Counted from the first letter of the stretch, positions 32,568-42,801 are shown. The stretch is DNA of 64,000 nt from an uncultured virus (IMG/VR IMGVR_UViG_2831345111_000005) (IMGVR_UViG_2831345111_000005); one strand, 5' to 3'. Program-made: numbers and translations. The notes: a model not told the origin generated them from the letters alone.

Positions 32568-33077
32568 TCAGTCCAAATAGGTGTCGGCAATGGCCGGCGG
32601 AAGCACTGTATAGCGAAAGGCTAGCGGGCCAAGCAGGGAAACCTTCAATAGATTCGAGTCGACCCATTTGATGGCGTAGAACACGCCTGCAAGTCTAAGC
32701 ATCCGAATCACCCAAGGATTTGGGGCAAGCACATCGGTTGCCGTAAGTTCGAGCTGGCGACCCATCCATGCAGCGGCGAATAACCCGGCCGCGACAGACC
32801 GTGAAGCCCCAGCTTCGCAATGGACCATGAGCGGGTGCGCCTTGTGGCGCTGGCAGAATCGAAGAAACTCACCGGCATGGCCAAGCGACATGGTGACGAA
32901 ATTACCGCCCTTGCGGTCGGTGTCGTGAAATCCAAGACGCAGCAAATCACTCCAGCCCGCTAACGCTGCCGGTGATTGGCGCGGGTTAGTAATCGAAACA
33001 CATACGGCGTCAGCTGAAGGGGTGTATTGCTCCGCCTTGAGGCGTGACAGCACCAAGATAGGACCTGGCTTGCTCAC
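32568..33077 (-). CDS. predicted protein-tyrosine-phosphatase-like protein
   Basis: SIT.P, L.F.D, VHCEAGASRS (CX5R), PN. Confidence 0.75.
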   Translation of the reverse strand: MSKPGPILVLSRLKAEQYTPSADAVCVSITNPRQSPAALAGWSDLLRLGFHDTDRKGGNFVTMSLGHAGEFLRFCQRHKAHPLMVHCEAGASRSVAAGLFAAAWMGRQLELTATDVLAPNPWVIRMLRLAGVFYAIKWVDSNLLKVSLLGPLAFRYTVLPPAIADTYLD

Positions 33078-33424
33078 TGAATCACCTTGCCGTTATGCTC
33101 AATGACGGCAGCGATAATGGGGTCTATGGCAGTCCGGTCGCACTCCACAAGCAAAAATGTGGTGTGCTGCGCTTGTCGCCACCGGAGAAAATAATCCTCA
33201 AGTGAAGGCGCGGCATTGGTGGGCAGGCTTGGCCCGTAAACAATACCACCCGCCAGAGTCACATGGGCCACATCTGGAATGCTATACAGGTCATAACTTT
33301 CATCGACCTCGTCACCATTAACACAAATTGTTTCTTCTTCGTGCCAAGTGGCACCCTCGTCATCCGGCCAGAAGTGAGGGTCTCGGTAGAACCGCTTGAA
33401 CTCTGCCCCTGATAAGTTAATCAT
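33074..33424 (-). CDS. hypothetical protein
   Basis: GGAG RBS; ATGA-coupled to the phosphatase gene. Confidence 0.65.
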   Translation of the reverse strand: MINLSGAEFKRFYRDPHFWPDDEGATWHEEETICVNGDEVDESYDLYSIPDVAHVTLAGGIVYGPSLPTNAAPSLEDYFLRWRQAQHTTFLLVECDRTAIDPIIAAVIEHNGKVIQ

Positions 33425-33671
33425 ACATACTCCAAATTCAAGTTATTGCGATTATAAGCCTATTGATGCCCATTGTCAAGCCATGTAAAAACCAGAATTT
33501 CTTTAGTTTTCAAGCGCAAATCGGCGTAAATTAAGGCTTTTACTGAATTTTATTAGCGTCAATTTAACAACCTTATTAGGATGCGAATGAATTTGTTAAC
33601 ATCAAAATTACGTTGACATTAATGCTTCTTTTTGGTATAGTTCTAATTCACCTGTATGCAAAGGTTTCATT

Positions 33672-34526
33672 ATGAATAATAAATATGCTGTGAGAGCATT
33701 TGCGTTAATTACTGCTTTAGCGCTATCTGTGGGGGTGGTGGCAGAAGCTGCTGCCAAATCGGGTGGTCGGTCTGGATTTTCATCCAGTAGTTCCCATTCC
33801 TCCATAAGCAGCTCGCGCTCGTATGGGAGTGCATCCAGACCATCAAGTGGCTCGTCATACCAGGCGGCGTCCTCGGGTTATAAGCCTGTCGCACCTGCGC
33901 CTCGTTCTGGGTTTTCTACCCCTGCGGCAGTGGCCGCAAAGCCTGCACCTTCCGCATTGGGAAGTGCGGTTTATGCGGCAAGCGCAAATAAGGCGGCGGT
34001 GGCTAGTTATACGGCTGCGACGGCCGCAAAGCAATCACCTCCTGTGGCTGGCAGCGGGACGACCTATCGGGCTGTGGCCCCTCAATCAGCGCCTGCCTAT
34101 GTCGCTCAGGCGCCGTCTTATGCTCCCCCGACTGTCATCCACCATACGACCGTAGTTCATGAATCGAGTGCTGGCAGTAGCAACTTCTTCTGGGGGTACC
34201 TGCTTGGGTCGGCGAGCCATCATGACCATGACCGTACCGTCGTCATCAACAATGGCACTCCTGGCGGCTATGCTCAGTCTGCTGGAGTGGCACCGGGTTA
34301 CACCGTTAATTCGGACTCGCCTGGTGTAACGCAAGCCGCTGCGGTGCGGCAACCGGTGGCGGCTCCAGCGCAGCAATTAGCTCAGCCGCAAGAGGAATCA
34401 CACTTCTTCCGCAATCTGTTGCTGTTGCTGGGTACTGGCGCATTAATCTTCGGTGGCTATCGCTTGTGGTCGGCGCGTACGGCTCGTATTCAAAAGCTCA
34501 CGCCCAAGCATAACTACTCCCTTTAA
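33672..34526 (+). CDS. secreted/membrane low-complexity Ser/Ala-rich protein
   Basis: Signal peptide, SGGRSGFSS, FFWGYLLG, C-terminal TM helix; sigma70-like promoter TTGACA(33614)-TATAGT upstream. Confidence 0.7.
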   Translation: MNNKYAVRAFALITALALSVGVVAEAAAKSGGRSGFSSSSSHSSISSSRSYGSASRPSSGSSYQAASSGYKPVAPAPRSGFSTPAAVAAKPAPSALGSAVYAASANKAAVASYTAATAAKQSPPVAGSGTTYRAVAPQSAPAYVAQAPSYAPPTVIHHTTVVHESSAGSSNFFWGYLLGSASHHDHDRTVVINNGTPGGYAQSAGVAPGYTVNSDSPGVTQAAAVRQPVAAPAQQLAQPQEESHFFRNLLLLLGTGALIFGGYRLWSARTARIQKLTPKHNYSL

Positions 34527-34546
34527 GTTGAGCCAAGGATTATCTG

Positions 34547-35341
34547 ATGAGTATTTTTGAATTAGGGCGCCGCATTCTGGATAAGAAGCTGGATGCCCAT
34601 GCGCAAGCGGCTGTTAAGGCTGAGCGTGAAGATAAAGGCTTGCCGTTGGGCGCGCGCATCGGCTCTCTGCTGGAATTGCCTGTGGCAGATTTCGCCCTCT
34701 TAAACAAGTCGCTGATGCGCGTCCCCGCTAAGCAGCAACAGGTAGTGGCATTGAGTCGCTTGCATCTCGATGAAGCGGAGGATATCGGGCTCTACCGTTT
34801 GTATACCGATTGCGGTAGCGACCGGGCAGGGGATGGCGCAAGCTTCCTGCAAGTGTTGACCTCCGGGAGCGAAGTTCAGGAGGCGACTTACTACCAATTC
34901 CTGTTTCGCTCGATTCCTGTGACGGAAGAAGAGCAGGCGCCGTATCTCGGCGAAGGCTTTGGCTTGGGTGAGCAGCTTTACAGCATGGCGGACGACCAGC
35001 TGGAATTAATCGGGCTGGATAGCAGCCAGATTGAAAATTTGCTGGGGGATGCGGAAGCGCTCGATTTTGTCCGTGACACCCCGGGTGGCGACTATGTTCC
35101 GCCCATCCTCGCTACCGAAAATCGTATCGACGACCAGTTTGGCGACAAGGGCCTGTCGCAGACCATCCGCTTCATGCAATACATGCGTGTGCTGCCGGAA
35201 GACGGGTTGGGTTCGAAGGAAGAGCGCTTGCTGATTTCATTTTCAGTGGTTGACTCCCTGGATGGCCAAAAGGCCCCAATGGTGCACATTGATTTCATGA
35301 TTGGCATTCCGCTGTCGCTCTCCAAAATCAAGGTGTACTAA
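34547..35341 (+). CDS. DUF2491/YjfK-like protein
   Basis: LPLG.RIG, RL.L...LYRLY, FLQV, MQY.R, E.LLIS, F.IG; adjacent to pspA-like gene. Confidence 0.6.
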   Translation: MSIFELGRRILDKKLDAHAQAAVKAEREDKGLPLGARIGSLLELPVADFALLNKSLMRVPAKQQQVVALSRLHLDEAEDIGLYRLYTDCGSDRAGDGASFLQVLTSGSEVQEATYYQFLFRSIPVTEEEQAPYLGEGFGLGEQLYSMADDQLELIGLDSSQIENLLGDAEALDFVRDTPGGDYVPPILATENRIDDQFGDKGLSQTIRFMQYMRVLPEDGLGSKEERLLISFSVVDSLDGQKAPMVHIDFMIGIPLSLSKIKVY

Positions 35342-35395
35342 GCAAAGTTTTACCGTAACCGTAACAACAATCTCAATAATCGTTAGGAGACTATT

Positions 35396-36154
35396 ATGTC
35401 TGGATGGACCAATTCTTTCTCTCTGCTCGCAAAACATGGCCAGAAGCTTGGTGATTCGCTGTTCGCATTCCTCGCCGCAAGTGACCCGGAAACGGCATTG
35501 GAGGTAGACCGCGAAAAGCTGGAACAAGACCTGCATGATGCCGCTGTTAAGCTGGCAGCAGCAAACCGTAAGCGTGATGATGCCCAGGCTGCTCTGACCA
35601 AACTGCAAAATGACATCGCCAACGACCAGAAGGCCGCCGGCGTTCTACTGCAAAAGCTGGATGCCAAGGAAATCGATGAGTCCGTCGTCACTGACTTCAC
35701 CGACAACCTGGAAGACATGCAAAAGCGCCTGCCTGATGCTGTTCAAGACGCGGCTGACGCCAAGGAATACGCCGACACCCTAAACGAAATCGTCACTTCG
35801 GTGAAATCTCGTTTGGAAGACTTCGACCGCGCCGCCAAGCAGGCTACCCGCGACATCGACCGTGCCAAGGCGGATGTTGAACGTCAGCAAATGCGTGCCG
35901 CGCAAGCCCAGGAACTGGAAGCTATGCGTAATGGTACGGGCACCGTCTCCACAGCATTGGGTGCGCTGGGCCAGAAGGCGACACAACTGCGCGACGAAGC
36001 CGCTGCGCTGCAAACCGTCAATGATGTGAAGGCGAAGCCTGAAGCGCGTGCAAACGCAGTGGAAGAAGCCCGTCGCATTGCTGCTGGCACGTCCACCCAA
36101 GGGGAGTCGGCCGCAGACCGACTGCGTCGCTTAGCTGGCGGCCAGAGCGTATAA
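35396..36154 (+). CDS. PspA/IM30-family coiled-coil protein
   Basis: DPE near N-term, long coiled coil, C-term ADRLRRL. Confidence 0.65.
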   Translation: MSGWTNSFSLLAKHGQKLGDSLFAFLAASDPETALEVDREKLEQDLHDAAVKLAAANRKRDDAQAALTKLQNDIANDQKAAGVLLQKLDAKEIDESVVTDFTDNLEDMQKRLPDAVQDAADAKEYADTLNEIVTSVKSRLEDFDRAAKQATRDIDRAKADVERQQMRAAQAQELEAMRNGTGTVSTALGALGQKATQLRDEAAALQTVNDVKAKPEARANAVEEARRIAAGTSTQGESAADRLRRLAGGQSV

Positions 36155-36317
36155 CTTGTAGTAACCCATGGACCGGGTCAGGTGACCCGGTCCAATTTCT
36201 AAGTACGCATCCCCTCATCCACGTCTAGCATTTCGACTACGCTGCCCCTTAAATATCCTACTTGAGTAAAACATTCAGTTATACTAGGATAGGATTTTTG
36301 ATTGTCAGGAGGTTCCT

Positions 36318-36563
36318 ATGCTTCAGACCCTACGCAAAGCGGGCGGCTCGCTCGTAATGACTGTGCCAAAGGCATTTATCGACCAGAATGCATTGAGCGA
36401 AGGCTCGCAGGTTGAACTACACCTGCAGGGAAAGAAATTGACGGTGGAAGCACCGACCCGGCCTCGCTACAAACTGGCTGACCTTATGGCTGAGATGCCT
36501 CAAGGACTGCCGCGTATTGATGGATGGGAAGACATGCCCTCGGTAGGATTGGAAAACAGTTGA
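36318..36563 (+). CDS. mazE: AbrB/MazE-family antitoxin
   Basis: LRKAGGSLVMTVPK, RPRYKL.DL, W.D..VG.E. Confidence 0.85.
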   Translation: MLQTLRKAGGSLVMTVPKAFIDQNALSEGSQVELHLQGKKLTVEAPTRPRYKLADLMAEMPQGLPRIDGWEDMPSVGLENS

Positions 36564-36910
36564 TGGCGTATCTGCCGAACCGTGGCGACATCGTGCATCT
36601 CGACTTCGACCCCTCCTCAGGCCGAGAGATAAAAGGCCCGCATTTCGGTCTTGTTCTGAGCGGCAAAGTCTTCAACCAGCAAGGGCTAGTAATGATATGC
36701 CCGATTTCTCAGGGCGCAGCTGCCGCCTCCCGAACGTACGGTACAGTTGTTACGCTGATGGGGTCAGGCACCGAAACGCAAGGCGCTGTTCATTGCCACC
36801 AGTTGAAGTCTCTTGACTGGCGGGCGCGGAATGTTAGTTTCAAGGAAACGGTGCCGCAGTATATCGTCGATGAGGCCCTAGCCAGAATTGAAGCCATCTT
36901 GTTTGAATGA
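36563..36910 (+). CDS. mazF: MazF/PemK/ChpB-family endoribonuclease toxin
   Basis: PNRGDIV.LDFDP..GREI, LVLS..FN, CPIS, QLKSLDW.AR; TGATG overlap with the antitoxin. Confidence 0.9.
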   Translation: MAYLPNRGDIVHLDFDPSSGREIKGPHFGLVLSGKVFNQQGLVMICPISQGAAAASRTYGTVVTLMGSGTETQGAVHCHQLKSLDWRARNVSFKETVPQYIVDEALARIEAILFE

Positions 36911-37014
36911 GGTTATTGCGTCAGAAGAGATAAAGAACAAATCTCCACCAGACCACACACGAAGCATAGAAAAAGCCACCCTGAGAAATTGGGGTGGCTT
37001 TTTATTGAGGTTGC

Positions 37015-38616
37015 TTAATCGCGCACGTGAATATCTTGTGCGATTCCGTTGACCACATTAACTACGAACACCTTACGCGTAGACGGTAGCTCAGGTGTTC
37101 GGATATCGCCAAGGAATACAGCCTTGGATAACACGGTTTCCCCTGTCGTCCATTCCCAGCCGCTATCCCCTTCAACAACCAGGTTCTCGCCGAAGTCATA
37201 CGACTCATACGCAGCGTCAGCAACCTTCCGTAGCGCATCGATGCTCTGATTTGCCTTGGAGTCTGCCGGGGTCAACCCATTGTACTGGCGATAGCTGTGG
37301 AGCCACGCCTCCTGTTCATCTTCCAAGGAGTCGTCGAAGTCAGCAGCATAATGAGTTTTCACCCAAAATTTTGCATCCTCAAGATTGATGCCAAGTGTCT
37401 CTGCAAGCTCAGTGAGGTGCTCGGTATGGTCAGCGCAATTACCGCACTTCCCATCCCATCCTTCACCGTCATCCAAAGGCTTGCCGCATTGAGCGCAGTG
37501 CGATTCATCTCCATCGTTAGCTTCAATGGCGTGAACGACCCATTCCCAATATCCAAGCTTGGTATCCCCCCGTGCGACTTCTTCCTTCCAGTCGGAGCGG
37601 GTGTAAAAGCCGTGCTCTTCATACCAACGCTGCTGCAGTTCCTCGATTGCTTCGTCCATCGGGGACTTTTGGTTGAGCTTGGCAGCCTCAGCCAGAGATA
37701 CCCACTTAGCATCTTGCTTTGCAGTGATAGGCAAAAAGACTTTGGCAGAAGAGGTGGCATTCTTTATGGAAGCTGAAAATGGTGTTGCTTCTGATAGCTC
37801 AGTCCAACCATTTGTCTGATTCCAGAATCCAGCCCCTTCCTCGGCTTCTGCTGCTGAGTAGATGACATACATGGATGTGTCAGCTGCCTTGGCCATTCCG
37901 GCGTCATAATTCTCGGTAGAAACTTCCGGGAACTCTGCTTCCAGAATAACGCCGCGGATATCATCCGAAGTCCAGTCATAGACATGACTCGGATAATCAC
38001 CAGCCTCCAATACATCCAGTAACGCATCGCGCGACATAGCACCCAGCTCGAAGCTACGCTCAGAATACGAACCATTTTCAGATTCGACCACAAGCGTCTC
38101 CTCGATAAGCTGCATCTGCTCCACCAAACTCAGGTTCGCCCAGTCGTGACCGGTTAACCCTTTAATACGGGCAACCTTGTCTGCAGCAATTGTCCAAACA
38201 TCGGAAATGGCTTCATCCATGGAGTTAAAGCTAGCCTCACACCCATCGCTGCCGTTCTTCCAAACCCACATCCCTGGTTGGTCTGCGTCCGGATAGACGC
38301 TGTATCCCAGTTTCCCAAGAAGTAAGGCTTTGGCGGTTTCAACGGAATGCTCGGCAGCCAAAAGACTTGGAGCCTTTGCCATTTCCTGGCGCTGAAGCAC
38401 CACATCCTGGTCGGGTTCACCCAGCGTAGGCTTTTCCGCCTTCAGTGCTGCAACGAGACTGTGCTCTTCACGATACCCTGCGAGCGCGGCCATCAGCTTC
38501 AGGCCCTGGCTGGCCACCATCGGCTTTCCGTTCTTCTGGAATCCCATGGTATTGGCACAGGCGGCAATCCGTGAAGCCAGGTCGTTCATGTTTGCTGCGG
38601 TGATAGTTACGTTCAT
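37015..38616 (-). CDS. large acidic multi-domain hypothetical protein
   Basis: 533 aa, Asp/Glu/Trp-rich, CxxC..CxxC; AAGGA RBS. Confidence 0.7.
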   Translation of the reverse strand: MNVTITAANMNDLASRIAACANTMGFQKNGKPMVASQGLKLMAALAGYREEHSLVAALKAEKPTLGEPDQDVVLQRQEMAKAPSLLAAEHSVETAKALLLGKLGYSVYPDADQPGMWVWKNGSDGCEASFNSMDEAISDVWTIAADKVARIKGLTGHDWANLSLVEQMQLIEETLVVESENGSYSERSFELGAMSRDALLDVLEAGDYPSHVYDWTSDDIRGVILEAEFPEVSTENYDAGMAKAADTSMYVIYSAAEAEEGAGFWNQTNGWTELSEATPFSASIKNATSSAKVFLPITAKQDAKWVSLAEAAKLNQKSPMDEAIEELQQRWYEEHGFYTRSDWKEEVARGDTKLGYWEWVVHAIEANDGDESHCAQCGKPLDDGEGWDGKCGNCADHTEHLTELAETLGINLEDAKFWVKTHYAADFDDSLEDEQEAWLHSYRQYNGLTPADSKANQSIDALRKVADAAYESYDFGENLVVEGDSGWEWTTGETVLSKAVFLGDIRTPELPSTRKVFVVNVVNGIAQDIHVRD

Positions 38617-38825
38617 TTTGATGTCCTTAAGTAGTCGGCAAAGCCGGTTGAATGTCAGGTGTTCGCGTTGCCAACAAAGCTTTGCCTTTATTAAAGACAG
38701 AAGATTTTGTTGCCTTGAGTTTTACGGACGCGCCATACCGGTAACCGGTGCGAACTAGCGTTTCCTCGTCAGTATAGGTTGGCGCTATACGGTGACTGGT
38801 AAATCACTTTTATAGAGGAAACATC

Positions 38826-39161
38826 ATGTTCAACTTCATCAAGACCGTAATTTGTATGCTGTGCCTGGCCTGGCTATTTTCACCACAGGCTAATGCTGGT
38901 ACGACCTATCCGATGTTCGTGGTAGCGCATGATATTGAAGCCCGCCAGATTGAAGGTGAGTTTCGTTTCTGCGAGCGGGTCAATCTGAAAAACGGTGTGT
39001 GCTACCAGAAGGTTAACTTCTTCGGTAAAACCAAGCGCATGCCGCAGGACTGGTGGAGCCCGGAAACTTATGTTTCCGCTTACACTGGTATCGAAAGCCC
39101 CGTAGTGGTAAGTATCGAGCCAACGGCAGATGGCCGCGGCGTTATCATTTACTACCAATAG
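38826..39161 (+). CDS. secreted hypothetical protein
   Basis: Signal peptide; GAGGA RBS. Confidence 0.7.
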   Translation: MFNFIKTVICMLCLAWLFSPQANAGTTYPMFVVAHDIEARQIEGEFRFCERVNLKNGVCYQKVNFFGKTKRMPQDWWSPETYVSAYTGIESPVVVSIEPTADGRGVIIYYQ

Positions 39162-39170
39162 GAGGTCGTC

Positions 39171-39350
39171 ATGTCCCTTCAAGCTGCACACATCGATTGG
39201 CCGTCCATCAACTTTGGCCCCGTCAATCTCTGGAGTTTGGCCTGGTACCGTCCGGTCACTCAGCCCTCGCATTCTCCAACCAGGAGTAAGCCGGTGATTT
39301 CAGCACGCCAGCATCAGGAGATGAAACGCGTTTTGGGTCTTCGAGGCTAA
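39171..39350 (+). CDS. small hypothetical protein (59 aa)
   Basis: AGGAGG RBS directly after the upstream stop. Confidence 0.5.
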   Translation: MSLQAAHIDWPSINFGPVNLWSLAWYRPVTQPSHSPTRSKPVISARQHQEMKRVLGLRG

Positions 39351-39429
39351 AAAGCAAAATAGTTCCTATACAGGTTCACTCATTCACACAGCGCCTGCTA
39401 AGGCGCTGTTTTTCCGACTGGAGATTTGC

Positions 39430-41268
39430 GTGGACCTCGGTTCTATTGTTAAAGCGTGGCTGGCCACTGACGCCGGCACGTGTGCCTTATTTGGATTTTC
39501 CGCTTATGCCCTATGGACATCTTGGCGCAAGTTGGCGACTCGCTGGGATAAGTGGTTCCCCCTCGCAACGAAGGTCGCCAAATGGACCCTGTATGCTGCG
39601 GCATTTGGCGTCCTGATTCTTTTCTTCCAGGCGCTTGGCAGCAACTTGTTTGCCATGCCTAACGGCCTGTTTGCGTTGTTCGGCGCAGGCATCATCCCGC
39701 TGGCCAACCTTGGCATTCGTCGCTTGCGCCCGAAAGAGAAGGTGCGCCGCGGTTCCGAGGTGGGGACGCCTTCCGATGTGAATAAGGCGACGTCAAAAGC
39801 ACTGCCTAGTTCAGACTTTCAGGAGAGCTTTAATATTGGAGGGGTCAACATTCCTCGCTCGGCGGAGCCCTATCACTTCTTTGTGGTGGGCTCTACGGGC
39901 TCAGGCAAGTCTGTCTTCATTACCAGCCTCATCGACCACCTGGAAGCGCGCGGAGATATCGCGATAATTGTCGACTCAGGCGGTGAATTCAGCTCTCGCT
40001 ACATGAAGCCCGGTCGAGACCACATCCTGAATCCTTTCGACGACCGCTGCGTGCCCTGGTCGCCTACCGCTGAAATGGCCGGGCCTTGGGATGCAGAAGC
40101 ACTGGCCAAGTCAATGATTCCGGACGGGGTAGGGGAGTCCAAGGATTGGAATAGCTATGCGCAAACGCTAGTGACCTCGATACTGCGCCGCCTGGTAGAA
40201 CGTAAGCAGCTCTCCATCAAGGACCTGCTCTATTATGTTCAGGCCGCGCCAATTTCCGAGCTGGAACCATTGTTGGCGGGCACACCGGCCGCTGCTCAGT
40301 TAGGCTCCGATAAGACCTTTGGCTCCATCCGCACGATTGCAGCCAACTATCTTGGAACCTACGCCTACCTTGAAGACAATGCGAATCCATTCTCTGTCGC
40401 CAATTTCATCAAGGCAGAAAAACCTGGCTTCCTGTTCCTGACCTACCGGGATGACCAGCTGGATTCCTTGCGCAACATGATGTCTTGCATCCTGGACATT
40501 GCCGCACGGACCATTTTAGCTTTGCCGGCCAGTCCTACGCGTCGCGTATGGCTCATCATCGACGAATTCGCCTCAATTGGTAAGGTGCAGTCGATTGAAG
40601 CCGTCGCCACCAAGGCACGAAAGATGGGTGGCTGCTTGCTGCTGGGCCTGCAGTCGGTATCTCAACTGCAAGACCGATATGGAGATAAGGCTGCTCAGAC
40701 TATCCTTTCCTGCCTTTCCTCCTGGATGGTGCTGCGATGCTCGGATGCTGAAACTTCTGAGTATGTATCAAAATATATTGGCGATTCTGAAATCTCGCGC
40801 ATGACTCGAGGGGAGAGCAGCTCTGAATCTGGAGGGTCGGATTCCTTAAACGAGCAGATTCAAACTCAACGGGCAGTGATGCCGGTGGAACTCCAGCGGC
40901 TGGCCAATTTGCAAGGCTTCTTCAAGTTGGCGGGGGACTATCCAATTTGCTCGCTAAAACTGCCGTTCCCCAAGAAGCGGGATAAGAGGGCAAAGAATTA
41001 CGTCGACCGCGACTTTGTGGCGCGTCCAATGCTGGACCTCATTCCAAAGGGGGATGCGAGCCAACCACAGAGTGGCGGAGTGGGGCTGGTGGCCGCACTC
41101 CCGGAAACGCCCGCCGCAGCACCGGCGCCAGCGCAACCGGTAATGCAGGAGGAAGCTGCCCCAGCAAAACCCGCTCCGCTGAAGTTCCGAAAGAATCCTA
41201 TGGACTCGGGTCCGGCCGAGTTCCAGGCGATACTCACAGAACTGGCGGAACTGGACGAAGAAATGTAG
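39430..41268 (+). CDS. type IV secretion coupling protein (TraD/TrwB family)
   Basis: N-terminal TM helices, GSTGSGKS, D.GGEF, NPFDDR..WSP, IIDEFAS, RK.GG....G.QS..QL...YG. Confidence 0.9.
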   Translation: MDLGSIVKAWLATDAGTCALFGFSAYALWTSWRKLATRWDKWFPLATKVAKWTLYAAAFGVLILFFQALGSNLFAMPNGLFALFGAGIIPLANLGIRRLRPKEKVRRGSEVGTPSDVNKATSKALPSSDFQESFNIGGVNIPRSAEPYHFFVVGSTGSGKSVFITSLIDHLEARGDIAIIVDSGGEFSSRYMKPGRDHILNPFDDRCVPWSPTAEMAGPWDAEALAKSMIPDGVGESKDWNSYAQTLVTSILRRLVERKQLSIKDLLYYVQAAPISELEPLLAGTPAAAQLGSDKTFGSIRTIAANYLGTYAYLEDNANPFSVANFIKAEKPGFLFLTYRDDQLDSLRNMMSCILDIAARTILALPASPTRRVWLIIDEFASIGKVQSIEAVATKARKMGGCLLLGLQSVSQLQDRYGDKAAQTILSCLSSWMVLRCSDAETSEYVSKYIGDSEISRMTRGESSSESGGSDSLNEQIQTQRAVMPVELQRLANLQGFFKLAGDYPICSLKLPFPKKRDKRAKNYVDRDFVARPMLDLIPKGDASQPQSGGVGLVAALPETPAAAPAPAQPVMQEEAAPAKPAPLKFRKNPMDSGPAEFQAILTELAELDEEM

Positions 41269-41423
41269 TTAACAAAGGGGCGAAAGCCCCTTTAGTCATC
41301 AAGCCAAAATCTTGTTGCATGAACGCAACAATGAAGCAGCACGATGGTTAACTTTTTCAGCCATTGAAAATCAATGACTTATGCAAAAAGTTAAACTTTT
41401 TTGAGATTTTCTGTAAAAAGACG

Positions 41424-41452
41424 TTGACAGAACGCATGAGTTTGACTATACT
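41424..41452 (+). promoter_or_regulatory. sigma70-type promoter at the head of the tRNA array
   Basis: TTGACA-17 nt-TATACT. Confidence 0.8.
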
Positions 41453-41725
41453 TGTTCGTAGACGTTGAGCAAGAGGCCGACGTCGAACTAATTTTTAAGG
41501 ATACTGGAATTCAAATGTTAACCCAATTCAACAACCATGACGTCACATGCGTCCCAGCAAGTCTGGGATGTGGCGCCACGTTTACGCGAATTAGCGTAGA
41601 TGCGGGTTGGGGGAACATGTATGAGCCCAATTATCAGCGCCCGTCATCCCTTAAAAAGGAGGCGCTACCGAAGGCATAATGTGTAAATACAGCGTGCCTT
41701 GATACCTGAAAAGGTGTCGGTCAAG

Positions 41726-41757
41726 AACCCGGTAGCCAAAAGCTAACCGGGTTTTTT
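41726..41757 (+). terminator. intrinsic terminator within the array leader (possible attenuator)
   Basis: AACCCGGTAGC-CAAAA-GCTAACCGGGTTTTTT. Confidence 0.8.
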
Positions 41758-42095
41758 GTTATGTATTCAGTAGCTTGAACAAACAAATCATCTCGGGAGC
41801 TTGGCTCCGAAGGTGGACGCAAGCAAACAGAAGTAACGTGCATACGCGGAACGAGACCGCGGCCAACACGTAAAAGGCAGGGCAGTAAAACACTGGATAG
41901 CAGTGTTCCTTGCAGGCTGAATAGGCGGAGTCCCGGATTGAAACTGTGGCGAGAACGCAGGAGTAAAATGGGCAGTGGAGGGATGGCCTCCACACTTTCT
42001 AAAGCGTCTTGGTCTTCAAGCGAGTTTAGCGCAACCTCGCAACAGGACTAGGATGCTTCAGAAAGGCGATTATGCAAGTAATCGTTAACAATTTT

Positions 42096-42175
42096 GGGGA
42101 TTGGGACTGCTATGGGGTGGTCGCCGCACTTGCAATGCGGATTTCAGTCGGGTTCGAAACCCGAAATCTCCACCA
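42096..42175 (+). tRNA. tRNA-Ala(UGC)
   Basis: GGGGATT/AATCTCC with G3-U70, CCGCA-CTTGCAA-TGCGG, CCA. Confidence 0.85.
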
Positions 42176-42283
42176 TAATTTGGAGGTTCACTCGAACGCT
42201 GCGGCCTGCGGCCTTCGATTGCGAGACTTGAGTTTTCAAGGCTTCAATCGCAGTTCGAAACCCGAAATCTCCACTAAGTTTAC

Positions 42284-42372
42284 GGAGTGTGAAATAAGTC
42301 AGGCTGGGCCTGAGACTGGCTGTAACCCAGTTCCCTCGCGGCGAGCGGTTCGATTCCTGCCATGCTCCACCA
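42284..42372 (+). tRNA. tRNA-Tyr(GUA), divergent
   Basis: ACTGG-CTGTAAC-CCAGT, long V arm, CCA. Confidence 0.75.
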
Positions 42373-42378
42373 TACATT

Positions 42379-42463
42379 GGAAGATGAACCCTCAGGGAGG
42401 GAGACTGCCTTGAAAACAGTTGAACCGAAAGGTTTGGGCTTCGATTGCACCCTTCTTCCGCCA
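42379..42463 (+). tRNA. tRNA-Ser(UGA), divergent
   Basis: CT-TGA-AA loop, long V arm, GCCA end. Confidence 0.7.
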
Positions 42464-42474
42464 TATAACGTAAC

Positions 42475-42559
42475 GCCCAGGTGGTGGAATAGGGAGACAC
42501 ACTGGATTTAGATTCCAGCGCCTTACAGCGTGAGGGTTCGACCCCCTCTCTGGGCACCA
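42475..42559 (+). tRNA. tRNA-Leu(UAG)
   Basis: CTGGA-TTTAGAT-TCCAG, CCA. Confidence 0.9.
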
Positions 42560-42568
42560 ACAGATTAT

Positions 42569-42645
42569 CTCGCAGTCGGTTAGCGGCTATACCACCTGCT
42601 TTGGGAGCAGGCACATCGTGAGTTCGAGTCTCACCTGCGAGACCA
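42569..42645 (+). tRNA. tRNA-Pro(UGG)
   Basis: CCTGC-TTTGGGA-GCAGG, CCA. Confidence 0.9.
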
Positions 42646-42801
42646 CTAATTAAGCCGGAAGGAACGCCGGCAAAGTAAACACCGCCTCCGGTCACGGAGG
42701 GATGAAACGCGTTAGGGTATCGAACCCCGAGGTAATCACCGACCACGAGTGAGCGCGAAAAAACAGCGGTGCGGTAAAAGTCCGAAGTGACGCGAATTTA
42801 T

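Noticed and set aside
42379..42463. Possible selenocysteine or UGA-suppressor tRNA (GGAAGAT start resembles selC)
   Set aside because: The anticodon is TGA (Ser), not TCA, and the acceptor is not 8 bp.
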